From: Candidatus Taenariivivens baikalensis
Lineage (GTDB): Bacteria; Omnitrophota; Omnitrophia; Omnitrophales; Aquincolibacteriaceae
Direction: 5' to 3'
DNA: 64,000 nucleotides
Assembly (NCBI GenBank): GCA_009691445.1
Contig: SICL01000006.1
Span: forward strand, 2,486 to 66,485
Positions 1-9,634 of the stretch are shown here, one piece after another; the first letter of the stretch is position 1, and each line of letters starts with the position of its first letter. The notes under the pieces were generated by a model. The model worked only from the letters and a program-made list of their open reading frames with translations, searched no databases and was not told the DNA's origin. A program made the translations under genes and the position numbers.

Positions 1-3000
1 TCTGAAGGGAATCTGCCGCCTGCGTGATTTTTGGTCCTGCCTTTTTCTTCCAAAATGCAAACATCCGCAGCCACGCCCATTTTTGCTCATAGGGAACCAA
101 CGCAAGATAAGCGCAGGGGACAACAATGAGCGATAGGATCGTTGAGACGATCATCCCCCCAATCACTGCAATCGCCATCGGAATTCGAGTTTCAGCGCCG
201 GGTCCCAGAGCTAATGCCGGAGGAATTGCCGCGGCAATGGTTGAGACGGAGGTCATTAAAATCGGGCGAAGGCGGATCGGACAGGCTGAACGAACTGCTT
301 CCAGGGGTTTTAATCCTTGTTCCCGCAGCTGGTTTGAAAATTCGACAATCAAAATGGAGTTTTTCTTAACGACCCCCATTAAGAGCAAAAGGCCGATGAG
401 GCTAAAAATGTTCAAGGAATGTCCGGTGATGAGAAGGGCAATAATGGCGCCTGACACACTGAAAGGCATAGCAAGTAACACCGTAAAAGGATGAATGAGG
501 TGGTTGAATTGCGCGGCAAGCACCATGTAAGAAATTAAAATACCGAGCAAAAGAGCGAAGAGAAGACTTTGAAATGATTCGCGGAATGTTTCACTGGATC
601 CGCTCAAAACAAGATGATATCCCTCGGGTAAAATTTTGCGTCCCAGTTCTTCAGCCTTCTTCAAACAGTCCGCCTGGGATTTTTTAGGCGCAATATTGGC
701 AAAAACCCCAATCGATCTTTCCCGCCCTTTCCTTTTGATGGAAAGAAGGCTCATCCGTTCCTGGATTTTAACAAGGTCTGCCAACTGAACCATTTCTCCG
801 CGATTGTTTCTCACAAACAATTTTTTTAGTTGTTCGGCACTGGTTCGCTGCTCAGGAATAATTTTAATTCGGACATCATAGCGCCGGCCGCCCCGGTTAT
901 ATTTTGCGATGCGCTGTCCGGCAATCAAAGCATTGACGGTCTTTGCAATGGATTCAACGCTTACACCCTGCTGGAAGGCCTTATCCCGGTCAGGATAGAT
1001 TCTTACCTCGGGCATGCCCTCCAGGTAATCAGAATCCACATCCTGGAAGAGACCTGTTTTTATCATTGCCGTCTGGATCTTCTCTGAATATTCCACCAAT
1101 TTGTCATAATCAGGACCGCGAACGGAAAACTCGACCGGAAAACCTCTTTGAGCGGCAAATCCGCGCATTGACAGATCTTGAATCACCGTCTTGACGTTTG
1201 GTATTTTGTTAAATTCGTTGCGGAAGTAAGCCATCAAGTCTTCCTGAGTCGGGCGATGCGAAAAAAGTCCTTCCTTAGGACGTTCACCGGGTTTTTTTAG
1301 AGTGATGAATAGATTGCCAGTATTGACTTCTCCGCCTTCAAAACCTCCCACGGCTGACATGTAGCGCCGAATCGAGGGGTGCTCGGCTAAAAGCTTTTCG
1401 GCTTTTTTAAAGGTTTGGCTTGTGTTTTCAATGGAAGATCCAATCGGAAGCTTCAATCGTGCTAAAAACATACTTTGATCTTGTGCGGGGACAAACTCTT
1501 TTCGTACCAGGGGTAGTAAGAATAGCGATCCGATAAAAAACGCGGTGGACAGAAGAAGAACCTTGCCTTTGCGTTCAAGAAAATAATCGAGCCAGACAGA
1601 ATATTGAAGAGTCAGATTTTTTATTCCGGCATTGAATTTTCTAACCCAGGGATTTTTTGAATCTCCGGTCTCAAGAAATTGCGAGCATCGCATCGGAGCA
1701 AATGATAAAGCCTCGATCAAAGAAAGAAATACGGCAACCGCCATGGTGACGCCGAATTGGAAAAAGAATTTTCCAATAATGCCCTTCATGAATGCCACGG
1801 GAATAAAAATAGCCATAATGGCCGTGGTGGCAACTATGGCGGCCATGCTAATTTCCTCTGAGCCTTTAAGCGCTGCCGTTTGCTGAGAGGCCCCTTTTTC
1901 ACGATGACGGACAATATTTTCAAGGACCATAATGGCGTCGTCCACAACAATTCCAATCGCGAGGGTGAGTCCGAGCAGCGTGAAGGTGTTGAGCGTGAAA
2001 TTAGAGAATTTAAGCACGATAAAAGTTCCAAGGAGCGAAGTCGGAATGGCGAGAAGGATATTCATCGTCGAGCTCCAAGATCCTAAAAAGAACCAGCAGA
2101 CGAGAGAGGTGAGGAGCGAGGCGAGGATGAGAGAAAAAACAAGCTCTTCGACGGAGTCTCGGATAAACCGGGTGCTGTCAAAATTAACGCCAAGATCAAA
2201 ATCCTTTGGCAGGGTCTTTTTGATTTCATCAATACGCTTCCAGACTCGTTCAGCAATTGTGACGGAATTTGTTCCGCGTATTTTTTTGATACCGAGTCCG
2301 ACCGATGTTTTTCCCAGCGTGCGAAACATGCGACGGACATCGGCGAGGCCATCTTCAATGGTAGCCACTTCCTTCAACGGAATCGGACGGTACATGGGCT
2401 GACCGCCGCGGTAGTTGATCATGATTTTTTTAAATTCTTCAACGGTCTTGGCTTCACCCATCACGCGGACATTGGATTCGGTCGTTGGAGTTTCAAGTTT
2501 CCCCGCAGGCATCTCAACATGCTCTTTTTGAATGGCCTGGATAATGTCATCTACGGTCAATTCATAGGCTTTGAGTTTGCTGATGTTGATCCAAATGCGC
2601 AGATTTTGATCCACGTAACCGCCGAGAAAGACTTCTCCCACGCCGGGAACGGTTTTGAATTGATCTTTGAGCTGGCGCTCAACATAATCCATTAAGTCTT
2701 TCAGGGAGCGCGTTGTTCCCACGCTGATCCACATAATGGGTTGATCTTCAGGATTGATTTTATTAATGATGGGAGGATCAATCTCGTCAGGAAGACGGTA
2801 ACGTGCCGCGGCAAGTTTGCTCTGTACTTCCTGCATGGCCGCATCCAGATCCCTGCCCAGCTCAAATTCTAAATTAATATTGGCGGACCCTTGAACGCTG
2901 GTGGATGAAATATCCTTGAGCCCCTCAATGCCCATCACGGAATCTTCGATCACATCCACCACATCTGTTTCCATCACTTCCGGTGCGGCACCTTCCCACG

Positions 3001-3148
3001 TAATGCTGACGCTGAGCACCGGGAAATCAAAATCAGGCATCTGACCTATTCCCATCCCCTTGAATGAAATAAGGCCAAAGATCATGAGGGCCACCATCAT
3101 CATCCAGGCGAATACCGGGCGTTTTATTGAAATACTAGGCAGGCTCAC
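1..3148 (-). CDS. AcrB/AcrD/AcrF-family RND efflux transporter (3' end just outside window)
   Basis: Manual minus-strand translation from GTG at 3148 gives MSLPSISIKRPVFAWMMMVALMIFG...; internal GIVVDDAIMVLENI and GVVKKNSILIVEF motifs; still open at position 2. Absent from the ORF track, presumably because it has no stop in the window. Confidence 0.92.
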   Translation of the reverse strand, partial: MSLPSISIKRPVFAWMMMVALMIFGLISFKGMGIGQMPDFDFPVLSVSITWEGAAPEVMETDVVDVIEDSVMGIEGLKDISSTSVQGSANINLEFELGRDLDAAMQEVQSKLAAARYRLPDEIDPPIINKINPEDQPIMWISVGTTRSLKDLMDYVERQLKDQFKTVPGVGEVFLGGYVDQNLRIWINISKLKAYELTVDDIIQAIQKEHVEMPAGKLETPTTESNVRVMGEAKTVEEFKKIMINYRGGQPMYRPIPLKEVATIEDGLADVRRMFRTLGKTSVGLGIKKIRGTNSVTIAERVWKRIDEIKKTLPKDFDLGVNFDSTRFIRDSVEELVFSLILASLLTSLVCWFFLGSWSSTMNILLAIPTSLLGTFIVLKFSNFTLNTFTLLGLTLAIGIVVDDAIMVLENIVRHREKGASQQTAALKGSEEISMAAIVATTAIMAIFIPVAFMKGIIGKFFFQFGVTMAVAVFLSLIEALSFAPMRCSQFLETGDSKNPWVRKFNAGIKNLTLQYSVWLDYFLERKGKVLLLSTAFFIGSLFLLPLVRKEFVPAQDQSMFLARLKLPIGSSIENTSQTFKKAEKLLAEHPSIRRYMSAVGGFEGGEVNTGNLFITLKKPGERPKEGLFSHRPTQEDLMAYFRNEFNKIPNVKTVIQDLSMRGFAAQRGFPVEFSVRGPDYDKLVEYSEKIQTAMIKTGLFQDVDSDYLEGMPEVRIYPDRDKAFQQGVSVESIAKTVNALIAGQRIAKYNRGGRRYDVRIKIIPEQRTSAEQLKKLFVRNNRGEMVQLADLVKIQERMSLLSIKRKGRERSIGVFANIAPKKSQADCLKKAEELGRKILPEGYHLVLSGSSETFRESFQSLLFALLLGILISYMVLAAQFNHLIHPFTVLLAMPFSVSGAIIALLITGHSLNIFSLIGLLLLMGVVKKNSILIVEFSNQLREQGLKPLEAVRSACPIRLRPILMTSVSTIAAAIPPALALGPGAETRIPMAIAVIGGMIVSTILSLIVVPCAYLALVPYEQKWAWLRMFAFWKKKAGPKITQAADSLQ

Positions 3149-4478
3149 AGCAGCTCCCGCGCGCGATTTGAAATTGCCAATAGTTTTCTTGAAGCTGATA
3201 AAAGATCTCATTGGCTCTTTGACGCGTCTGGTTCAGAGATTCAAGGGCGGAGAGCACATCAAGATTACTGACCAGACTTCGCGAGTAATCCTCCCGCTGG
3301 AGTCGGTAATTTTCCTCAGAAGTTTTAAGGGCTTCTTCCAAGGCCCTGAACTGTTTTTGCGTCGTGTTCCATGAAGAATAATTTTTTTTAAGATCCAGTT
3401 CAGCCTCTCGCTTTGTTTTTTCGTAAGTCAGCTTGGCTTTTTTCCAATCCGAATAAGCAGATTTTAGTTCACCGACCGCGCCGCCTCCCTGAAACAAGGG
3501 AACTTTGACGGTCAGAAGAAGATCCCAATCAACGCTCGCCAGAGAGCCTTCCCGCTGATCATAAGCATTATTATCCAAGGTGATTTTGGGCCATAGTTTG
3601 CTTTGGGTGACGATGGTATTTTGAAACGCAACTTTCATGGCCTGTTCCGCGACCTGAACATCAAAGCGATTTTTTACATCAGGAAGGTAACTCTCAAGGG
3701 GTTTTGGGGCTTCATGAAGATGAGCGATCTGCTCTAAAGCACGGTCCTCGAGCGAGATGCCGGTTAAAAATTCGAGAATACGCTTTTGGATCATGAGCGT
3801 TCCCTGAGCGGAAAGGAGATCGGACTCCAGGCTTTGCATCCGGCTCTTGGCTTCGGTGACTTCACTTAAACGTGAGCGTCCAATTTGTTCACGTTTTTGG
3901 AGGTCTCCAACACGGCCCTGAAGCAAATGATAAGTTTTCTCAAGAATTTGGACATCTTTTTCAGAACGTTGAACTGAAAGAAAAGCAGACGTGACATCCA
4001 TAAAGAGAAGCTGTACGGCACGTTTCTGATCGTAAAGGCGCTCTTTTCTGAGGCTTCCGGCTCCGGCTAAGGCGCCAAGAGATTTAAAACCCTGAAAAAC
4101 AGGCTGAGAAATGACAAATTTACGGGTACGTGTTTGATCGCGGATCAAACTGGATGTGTCATCGGACGAGGAGCTGCTTGAGGAAGCACGCTGGTGTTGT
4201 TGATAAGATTTTGTGATATCAAAATCAACCGTCCCCAGGGCTTGGCTTGTTGCCTGGAGAAAATCTCCCCAGGTGCTTTCTAGCTCAACGCCCTTGATGG
4301 CCAAATCCTCGCTGCGTTTAAGGGCAAGTTGATAAGCCTCTTCAATCGTAAGCGGAGGAAGGGAAATCGGGGCTGTCTCCAATTGTGCCGGAGGTTTTTT
4401 CGCCATGGCCCAGGCATGGGGGATCGGGGCCATGATGATTAGAATAAAAGCAAAGGGGAACCAATTATTTTTTTTCAT
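3135..4478 (-). CDS. TolC-family outer membrane efflux protein
   Basis: Signal peptide; two OEP-like repeats (ISQPVFQG, VKVPLFQGG); directly upstream of the RND gene. Confidence 0.9.
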   Translation of the reverse strand: MKKNNWFPFAFILIIMAPIPHAWAMAKKPPAQLETAPISLPPLTIEEAYQLALKRSEDLAIKGVELESTWGDFLQATSQALGTVDFDITKSYQQHQRASSSSSSSDDTSSLIRDQTRTRKFVISQPVFQGFKSLGALAGAGSLRKERLYDQKRAVQLLFMDVTSAFLSVQRSEKDVQILEKTYHLLQGRVGDLQKREQIGRSRLSEVTEAKSRMQSLESDLLSAQGTLMIQKRILEFLTGISLEDRALEQIAHLHEAPKPLESYLPDVKNRFDVQVAEQAMKVAFQNTIVTQSKLWPKITLDNNAYDQREGSLASVDWDLLLTVKVPLFQGGGAVGELKSAYSDWKKAKLTYEKTKREAELDLKKNYSSWNTTQKQFRALEEALKTSEENYRLQREDYSRSLVSNLDVLSALESLNQTRQRANEIFYQLQENYWQFQIARGSCCEPA

Positions 4479-4939
4479 TAATTCTTTGAGCCTTTGGATT
4501 GGATCAGAGCCCCGTCCATAAAACCAGAAAGATGATTGAGGAATTTATCAATGATAACTTTTTCGTTTTCCGGTAGGGAGGTCAGAGCGCTCATCATAAA
4601 TTTCAAAATATTAATTTGAGCCTTAAGGACGGTCTTTTTTCCTTTGGGAAGAAGATAAAGTAGGGAGGAACGGTGATCTTCCGGATGTGCCACTTTTTTA
4701 AGAAGGTTCTCTTTCTCCATGCGTTTGACAAGATTTGTCATCGCAGGTTTTGAGATATACAGTTTTTCACTTGCTTCAGTCAGAGGGATTTTTCCGTAGC
4801 GCACAAGTTGGCTGAGAAGGGAATATTTCGGCATCGTCAGGCCGGTTTGCGTCAGGATGCGGTTATAAAGGCGGATCCACTTCAGATGAATTTCGCGTAG
4901 ATGAGCAAATGACGGTTTCGCTTTCGGCATAAGGTCCAT
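4478..4939 (-). CDS. MarR-family transcriptional regulator
   Basis: wHTH pattern ISKPAMTNLVKRMEKENLLKKVAHPEDHRSSLLYLLPKG; first gene of the efflux operon. Confidence 0.9.
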   Translation of the reverse strand: MDLMPKAKPSFAHLREIHLKWIRLYNRILTQTGLTMPKYSLLSQLVRYGKIPLTEASEKLYISKPAMTNLVKRMEKENLLKKVAHPEDHRSSLLYLLPKGKKTVLKAQINILKFMMSALTSLPENEKVIIDKFLNHLSGFMDGALIQSKGSKN

Positions 4940-4940
4940 T

Positions 4941-4959
4941 TAGTTAATGAGGTTAACTA
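4941..4959. promoter_or_regulatory. Inverted repeat TAGTTAA-N5-TTAACTA, probable MarR operator
   Basis: Perfect 7-bp inverted repeat immediately upstream of the marR start. Confidence 0.55.
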
Positions 4960-5055
4960 TATTTGATCATAACGGATCAATAAAGAAATGGCAAGCCTGC
5001 TTTTTTCTTTAAAAGGAACTGGCTCCGGAGAGGAGAGCGTTGTATATTAACGCCC

Positions 5056-5979
5056 ATGAGAAAACTTGTGGTGAAAGAAAAGGCCCTGCTCTTAGAATAT
5101 CTTTATCGGACTTTATCGGATACCAAGCGGACCCGAATTAAGGATTACCTTCAAAAGAACGCTATTTCCGTGAATGGGGATAAGACGACCCGTTTTGATT
5201 ATCCTCTTACCCCCGGTAATGTGATCGAAATTGAAACGGACGCGCGAGTGTTGAAAAACGTTCAGCCAGAGTTCGGCGTTCAGGTCGTTTACGAAGATGA
5301 TGCCATGATGGTGATTTACAAACCCTCTGGACTTCTAACGATCGCCACGGAGCGAATTCAGGGCGTGAATGCATTTACGTCGGTTAATGAATACCTGAAT
5401 TTACGGGAGACACCCTCTTTATCGTTAAAACTTTCCGTGAAGAGAAAGGACAAGACGGATTTAGCGATCCGAAAAAAGCAGATTTTTTTAGTGCATCGTT
5501 TGGACCGGGACACATCGGGCCTCCTCATGTTTGCCAAGAACGAGTCGGTGAAATTTAAACTCCAGGGTACTTGGGAACAGGTTCAAAAGAAATATTGGGC
5601 CGTCGTTGAGGGCACTCCCAAGGAGGAGATGGGGACGATGCAGAGCTTTCTTACAGAAAATAAAATTCTCCGCGTTTACAGCGGACCTAAAGAAGCGGCA
5701 TCGAAATGGGCGGTCACTCATTATCGGGTGGTTCGTTCCAATGATCAATATGCGCTCCTTGATATTGATCTAGAAACGGGAAGAAAACATCAAATCCGTG
5801 TTCATCTCGCGGATCTCAAGCATCCGGTGGCCGGTGACAAGGATTACGGCGCTAAGACAAATCCGGCCGGACGGTTGTGTCTTCACGCGTATTCTTTGCA
5901 ATTCCCTCATCCGATTACGGAGAAGATGATGGCTTTGGAAACGAAAATGCCGACTGAGTTCGAGAAAATCTTTGCGTGA
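5056..5979 (+). CDS. RluA-family pseudouridine synthase with S4-like N-terminus
   Basis: Motifs KPSGL, VHRLDRDTSG (catalytic Asp), TGRKHQIRVH, LHAYSL. Confidence 0.95.
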   Translation: MRKLVVKEKALLLEYLYRTLSDTKRTRIKDYLQKNAISVNGDKTTRFDYPLTPGNVIEIETDARVLKNVQPEFGVQVVYEDDAMMVIYKPSGLLTIATERIQGVNAFTSVNEYLNLRETPSLSLKLSVKRKDKTDLAIRKKQIFLVHRLDRDTSGLLMFAKNESVKFKLQGTWEQVQKKYWAVVEGTPKEEMGTMQSFLTENKILRVYSGPKEAASKWAVTHYRVVRSNDQYALLDIDLETGRKHQIRVHLADLKHPVAGDKDYGAKTNPAGRLCLHAYSLQFPHPITEKMMALETKMPTEFEKIFA

Positions 5980-6569
5980 AAAATTCAGGGCTTGGCGTTT
6001 TGTGTTTACTGTTTGTTGGTTGCGCGTCCATCTTTGGCTGGAATATCCACGCTCCCGGCGTGCTCTCCGAAAGTTTTTATCCAAAATTCCAAACGACCCA
6101 GAAACGAGTGGCGCTTTATCTGCCGGATCGAGTCCTTTCCTCGATTTCCAAAAACAGGGGTGGGAAATTTGCAGATCCTCAGACTTATTATCTGGGCGAA
6201 TCCTTTACCCCCATGGTGATTGAAGGATTCCAGCAGGTATTTGACGAGCTCTTATTTTTAGAAGCAGAACCCTCCCCGGCGATTCTCAAGAAGTACAGCA
6301 TCTCTTATCTGGTCATGATCAATATGAAAGATTTTGGAAATGATGTGACGATGAAGGGGCAGGCTGTTCGCCTCACAACGGAAGTCCAGATTTATGATCA
6401 GGAGGCAAAGCTGATCAAGCAGTATGAAGCCCTGGGATCAAGCGATGCACAGAAGATTTTCTCGAAGAAGGGGGGGCCTGAAGTGAATCTTAATGCCGCC
6501 ATTGAAAATAATATTGTTGTCACCCTTCAATTTTTACAGGATTTTATTCGCGGTGGAAATCATGAATAA
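5976..6569 (+). CDS. Putative lipoprotein
   Basis: Lipobox-like LLFVGC after a hydrophobic stretch; start overlaps the rluA stop. Confidence 0.7.
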   Translation: MKNSGLGVLCLLFVGCASIFGWNIHAPGVLSESFYPKFQTTQKRVALYLPDRVLSSISKNRGGKFADPQTYYLGESFTPMVIEGFQQVFDELLFLEAEPSPAILKKYSISYLVMINMKDFGNDVTMKGQAVRLTTEVQIYDQEAKLIKQYEALGSSDAQKIFSKKGGPEVNLNAAIENNIVVTLQFLQDFIRGGNHE

Positions 6570-7080
6570 AAATTCCAGTCTCAAAAAACTCGTCAGCCTG
6601 CTTGTGGCTTGTTTCTTTGTTCCTGTTGTTTTTGCTTCGGAAGTTCCCGATCTAACTCGAACGGACGTACGGATAAGGATGAATCCTAAAACGGGAAAGC
6701 CCTTTGTCAGTATCGTGAACGGGGATGCTCCCGACAGCCGCAGGATTTTTTACGGGAACATGAAAAAATACTCGCGCCCTGATTACCGGATGCTGGACTA
6801 TCACATGAAATCCGGACAGATTCCGTATGACGGCCCTTCCAGCAGTGCTAAAAAAGTTTATGCCTTTGCCGCCACGATGGCAACGGCCGGAGTTTTGGCC
6901 GGAACCCTGATTCCTGTCACCGCAGCTGCCGGCGCCGCGTCTGCTGGGTCAGCGGCCGGTTACGGGGCTGCCGGAACCGGGCTGACTGCGGGTGTTGTTT
7001 CCACGGCCTGGCTTAAGTCGCGGACGGACCCGCATCAGGATGATTTCAAGCACGATTCTGAAGCCGTAGTTAAAAAGTAA
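6562..7080 (+). CDS. Hypothetical exported/membrane protein
   Basis: ATG at 6562 overlaps the previous gene; signal peptide ending VVFA; Gly/Ala-rich hydrophobic C-terminal segment. Confidence 0.65.
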   Translation: MNKNSSLKKLVSLLVACFFVPVVFASEVPDLTRTDVRIRMNPKTGKPFVSIVNGDAPDSRRIFYGNMKKYSRPDYRMLDYHMKSGQIPYDGPSSSAKKVYAFAATMATAGVLAGTLIPVTAAAGAASAGSAAGYGAAGTGLTAGVVSTAWLKSRTDPHQDDFKHDSEAVVKK

Positions 7081-7165
7081 AGGAAAAGAGGGGAGAAGGA
7101 AGATGGAAGAGGGAAGAAAAAAAAGCGGTTTTAATCTTCCCTCTTCCATCTTCTTTCTTCCTTCT
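7081..7165. repeat. Palindromic short-period repeat element (GGAAGA-type arms)
   Basis: Purine arm gaaggaagatggaagagggaaga mirrored by tcttccctcttccatcttctttcttcc. Confidence 0.7.
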
Positions 7166-7170
7166 ACATT

Positions 7171-8397
7171 ATGATTTGGGATATCACGATTATCGGAGCG
7201 GGAGCTGCGGGACTCATGACCGCCATTCATGCTACGGGAGGAAATCGCCGCGTATTGCTCCTGGACTCGAAAGAACGAATCGGTGCCAAGATCCTGATGT
7301 CGGGAGGAACGCGGTGCAATGTCACGAACCTTCAAGTTGACGTAAAGGATTTTCAAAGTGAGCATCCGCGCGTCGTTCGTAATATTTTGTCTGCCTATCC
7401 CAGTTCGAAGGCGGTCAATTTTTTTGAATCCATCGGAGTGATACTCGCCCTGGAAGAGGGAGGAAAATTTTTCCCTGAAACCCAAAGTGCAAAAACAGTT
7501 CTTGAAGGGCTCCTAAGTGAAGTAAAAAATCGCAATGTCGATTTGGTCACGGGCCGGCGTGTGGAATCGGTGGAGGTAGATCTTGCATCTTTCCATATTC
7601 GCGGCAAGGGATTTGAATATGAGTCCAAAACCGTTGTGATTTGTACGGGTGGACTTTCTTATCCGGGAACTGGAAGTGACGGGAAAGGGTATGAGATTGC
7701 CCGGCATTTCGGTCACTCGCTCATTGAGACAATGCCTGCATTGACCCCGCTTTCGACGAATGATCCCGATTGGAAAAGTCTTTCCGGTCTTTCGCTTTTT
7801 TGCCGTCTTGTTTTAAAAACAGGAGTTAAGGAAAGAGCTTCATACGAAGACTCGTTTCTTTTCACTCACTTCGGATTTAGCGGTCCTTCGGTTTTGGATA
7901 TCAGCCGCCATTGGCTTCACTGGAAAAAGGAGGAGCCGATTTTGACCGCTAACTTTCTTCCCAAGGAAACCGAAGAAACCCTGCGGGCCACACTTTTGGA
8001 AATGACCACCGAACATTTTGACTGGACGCTCAAGCGGTTTCTTTGCGAAAAACTTCCGGAAAGGCTTGTCGAGATCATTTTAAAAAAATCCTCTATCCCC
8101 AAAGATCAAAGATTGAAACAACTCAAAAAGGAAGCTCGGGAGGTCTTGATCCGGAACCTGTTTCGAATGCCTCTTTCGATCACGGGAGTTTTTGGGTATC
8201 AAAAAGCCGAGGTAACTGCGGGTGGGGTAACTCTGGACGATCTGGATCCTCGTACCTTAGAGTCCAAAAGGCAGCCAGGACTTTTTTTTGCCGGAGAAGT
8301 GGTGGATGTCGATGGCCGCATCGGTGGGTTTAACTTTCAATGGGCATGGGCAAGCGGGGTGGCGGCAGCACTGGGAGCCATTCAGAGATTAATTTGA
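7171..8397 (+). CDS. HI0933/YhiN/BaiN-family NAD(P)/FAD-dependent oxidoreductase
   Basis: GAGAAG, KILMSGGTRCNVTN, LFTHFGFSGP, VTAGGV, GGFNFQWAWASG. Confidence 0.95.
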   Translation: MIWDITIIGAGAAGLMTAIHATGGNRRVLLLDSKERIGAKILMSGGTRCNVTNLQVDVKDFQSEHPRVVRNILSAYPSSKAVNFFESIGVILALEEGGKFFPETQSAKTVLEGLLSEVKNRNVDLVTGRRVESVEVDLASFHIRGKGFEYESKTVVICTGGLSYPGTGSDGKGYEIARHFGHSLIETMPALTPLSTNDPDWKSLSGLSLFCRLVLKTGVKERASYEDSFLFTHFGFSGPSVLDISRHWLHWKKEEPILTANFLPKETEETLRATLLEMTTEHFDWTLKRFLCEKLPERLVEIILKKSSIPKDQRLKQLKKEAREVLIRNLFRMPLSITGVFGYQKAEVTAGGVTLDDLDPRTLESKRQPGLFFAGEVVDVDGRIGGFNFQWAWASGVAAALGAIQRLI

Positions 8398-8422
8398 CAC
8401 CCCAATTATTTTCACATACAAT
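8394..8422 (+). promoter_or_regulatory. Sigma70-type promoter TTGACA-N17-TACAAT
   Basis: Near-consensus -35 (8394-8399) and -10 (8417-8422) with a 17-nt spacer. Confidence 0.8.
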
Positions 8423-8428
8423 TCCAGA

Positions 8429-8550
8429 CGCAACTAGCGACCAATTTGGTTGTGGAGGATTAACCCGAAAGAAGCCCTCTCATTTTGAGAGAGCCGGGGT
8501 AGTAAACCGGCGGGGTAGCACGGCAGCGCAGGATAGCCGTGACGGGAAAC
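8429..8550 (+). ncRNA. Unidentified structured leader RNA (candidate riboswitch or sRNA)
   Basis: Nested stems CCCG/CGGG, CCC/GGG, CTCTC/GAGAG, CCGG/CCGG and CACGGC/GCCGTG, lying between a promoter and a terminator. Confidence 0.55.
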
Positions 8551-8559
8551 TTTTGAAGA

Positions 8560-8620
8560 CGCCTTGAAGGATTTTAGATTCTGACTTGATCAGTGTCTAA
8601 CTCTTTGAGGCGATTTTTTT
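8560..8620 (+). terminator. Intrinsic terminator in the leader of the 107-aa gene
   Basis: Long hairpin cgccttgaagga...tctttgaggcg followed by T7. Confidence 0.7.
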
Positions 8621-8750
8621 AAGTGATCCAAGCCGCTCTGAATAAATCAAAAGCTGCAACGTCTATCTACAACAAGCAACCGAACCCCTCTATAGAGAGA
8701 GGTGAGGGGGTTTGTAAGACGTTTAACAATTCAATCAACAGGAGATTAAA

Positions 8751-9074
8751 ATGAAGAAGAATATGATCGTGGTATTTGGAGTGTTCATGGCTGTGGCTGT
8801 GCTTTTCAGCGGCGTTGCTTTTGCGGATGCAGTTTCCGGAAAAGTGAATGCGGTTGATGCAACGACCAGCACCATTGAAGTGTCTCAGCCTGCCGATGCG
8901 GTAACGGGCGTTGCTGTCGAGAGTGTGAAAGTTGCTTATGATGCGGCAACCACATTCACGGGAATTGCAGCGGCTGCCGAACTTAAAGCCGGCGATGATG
9001 TCAAGATTGAAGCTAGCAAAGATGAAGCCACCGGCAGCTGGAAAGCCGCTTCGGTTGAGGTTGTGAAGGCTTAA
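8751..9074 (+). CDS. Small secreted protein, probable OB-fold (DUF5666-like)
   Basis: RBS AGGAG; signal peptide ending VAFA; pattern VSGKVNAVD...LKAGDDVKIE. Confidence 0.75.
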   Translation: MKKNMIVVFGVFMAVAVLFSGVAFADAVSGKVNAVDATTSTIEVSQPADAVTGVAVESVKVAYDAATTFTGIAAAAELKAGDDVKIEASKDEATGSWKAASVEVVKA

Positions 9075-9097
9075 GCTGTTCTTTGAGAGGGTGCAAG

Positions 9098-9275
9098 ATC
9101 GCCTAATTTCCTGACCTAGGAAAACGGGAGATGCGTTTTAAGGGTGAACCCCGCAGAAAGCCGAAGGGCTATTGTGGGAAGGGTTACTCTGCAACACTGA
9201 TTGAATGATCAGTACGTCCTTTTTAGTTTTTTGGATTGTCCGAACCCGTGAGCTCATCCCGCAGGCGTGGCAGAG
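9098..9275 (+). ncRNA. c-di-AMP (ydaO/yuaA)-like riboswitch
   Basis: Elements CGCCTAAT..ACGGGAGA..GGGTGAACC..GAAGGG..ACTCTGC..CCGAACCCGTGAGCTCATCCCGCAGGCG follow the ydaO layout; pseudoknot CTCTGC (9187) / GCAGAG (9270). Confidence 0.8.
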
Positions 9276-9326
9276 AAGCCTTCTTTTATAGTCTCGTAAA
9301 GAGATCATAAAAGAAGGCTTTTTTTT
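9276..9326 (+). terminator. Intrinsic terminator after the riboswitch
   Basis: aagccttcttttat...ataaaagaaggctt followed by a T-run. Confidence 0.85.
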
Positions 9327-9342
9327 GTAAACTTCACACCTG

Positions 9343-9568
9343 CGTCATTGCGGGGTGTACGCTACTGTTCTTTGGTAAACCTCCACTCACCAGCGTCATT
9401 GCGAGCGTGGCGAAGCAATCCCGGGTTGTGCGCCCAGAGATTGCCGCGCCCGCCTGCCGGCGAGGCAGGTCGCCACCAAGGAGCGGGATTCCCAATGACA
9501 AAAACCGTCAGATTGCAGCGGTCGCTTTGCTCCTTCGTTCTTCGGCGAACGCCCTGCTCAGAATGACA
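9343..9568. repeat. Cluster of REP-like palindromes (GTCATTGCGAG...CAATGAC family)
   Basis: cgtcattgcgagcgtggcgaagcaatc...gagattgcc...caatgac; related copies at 40470 and 60502. Confidence 0.75.
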
Positions 9569-9634
9569 ACCTTGAAATAGTCCCTTGGTATTCACGGAGA
9601 GGTTTGATAAAATCCACTCAAATATGAGGGCCCT

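Noticed and set aside
126-3374. Plus-strand ORFs over the RND gene, one containing REVRSEARM
   Set aside because: Antisense to the AcrB-like gene; the motif-like string is the reverse read of a Leu/Ser-rich TM helix and is a chance match.
8445-8520. SAM-I riboswitch or SRP/6S RNA
   Set aside because: Lacks the AUC/GCAACC core of SAM-I, the SRP loop consensus and the 6S end-to-end pairing.
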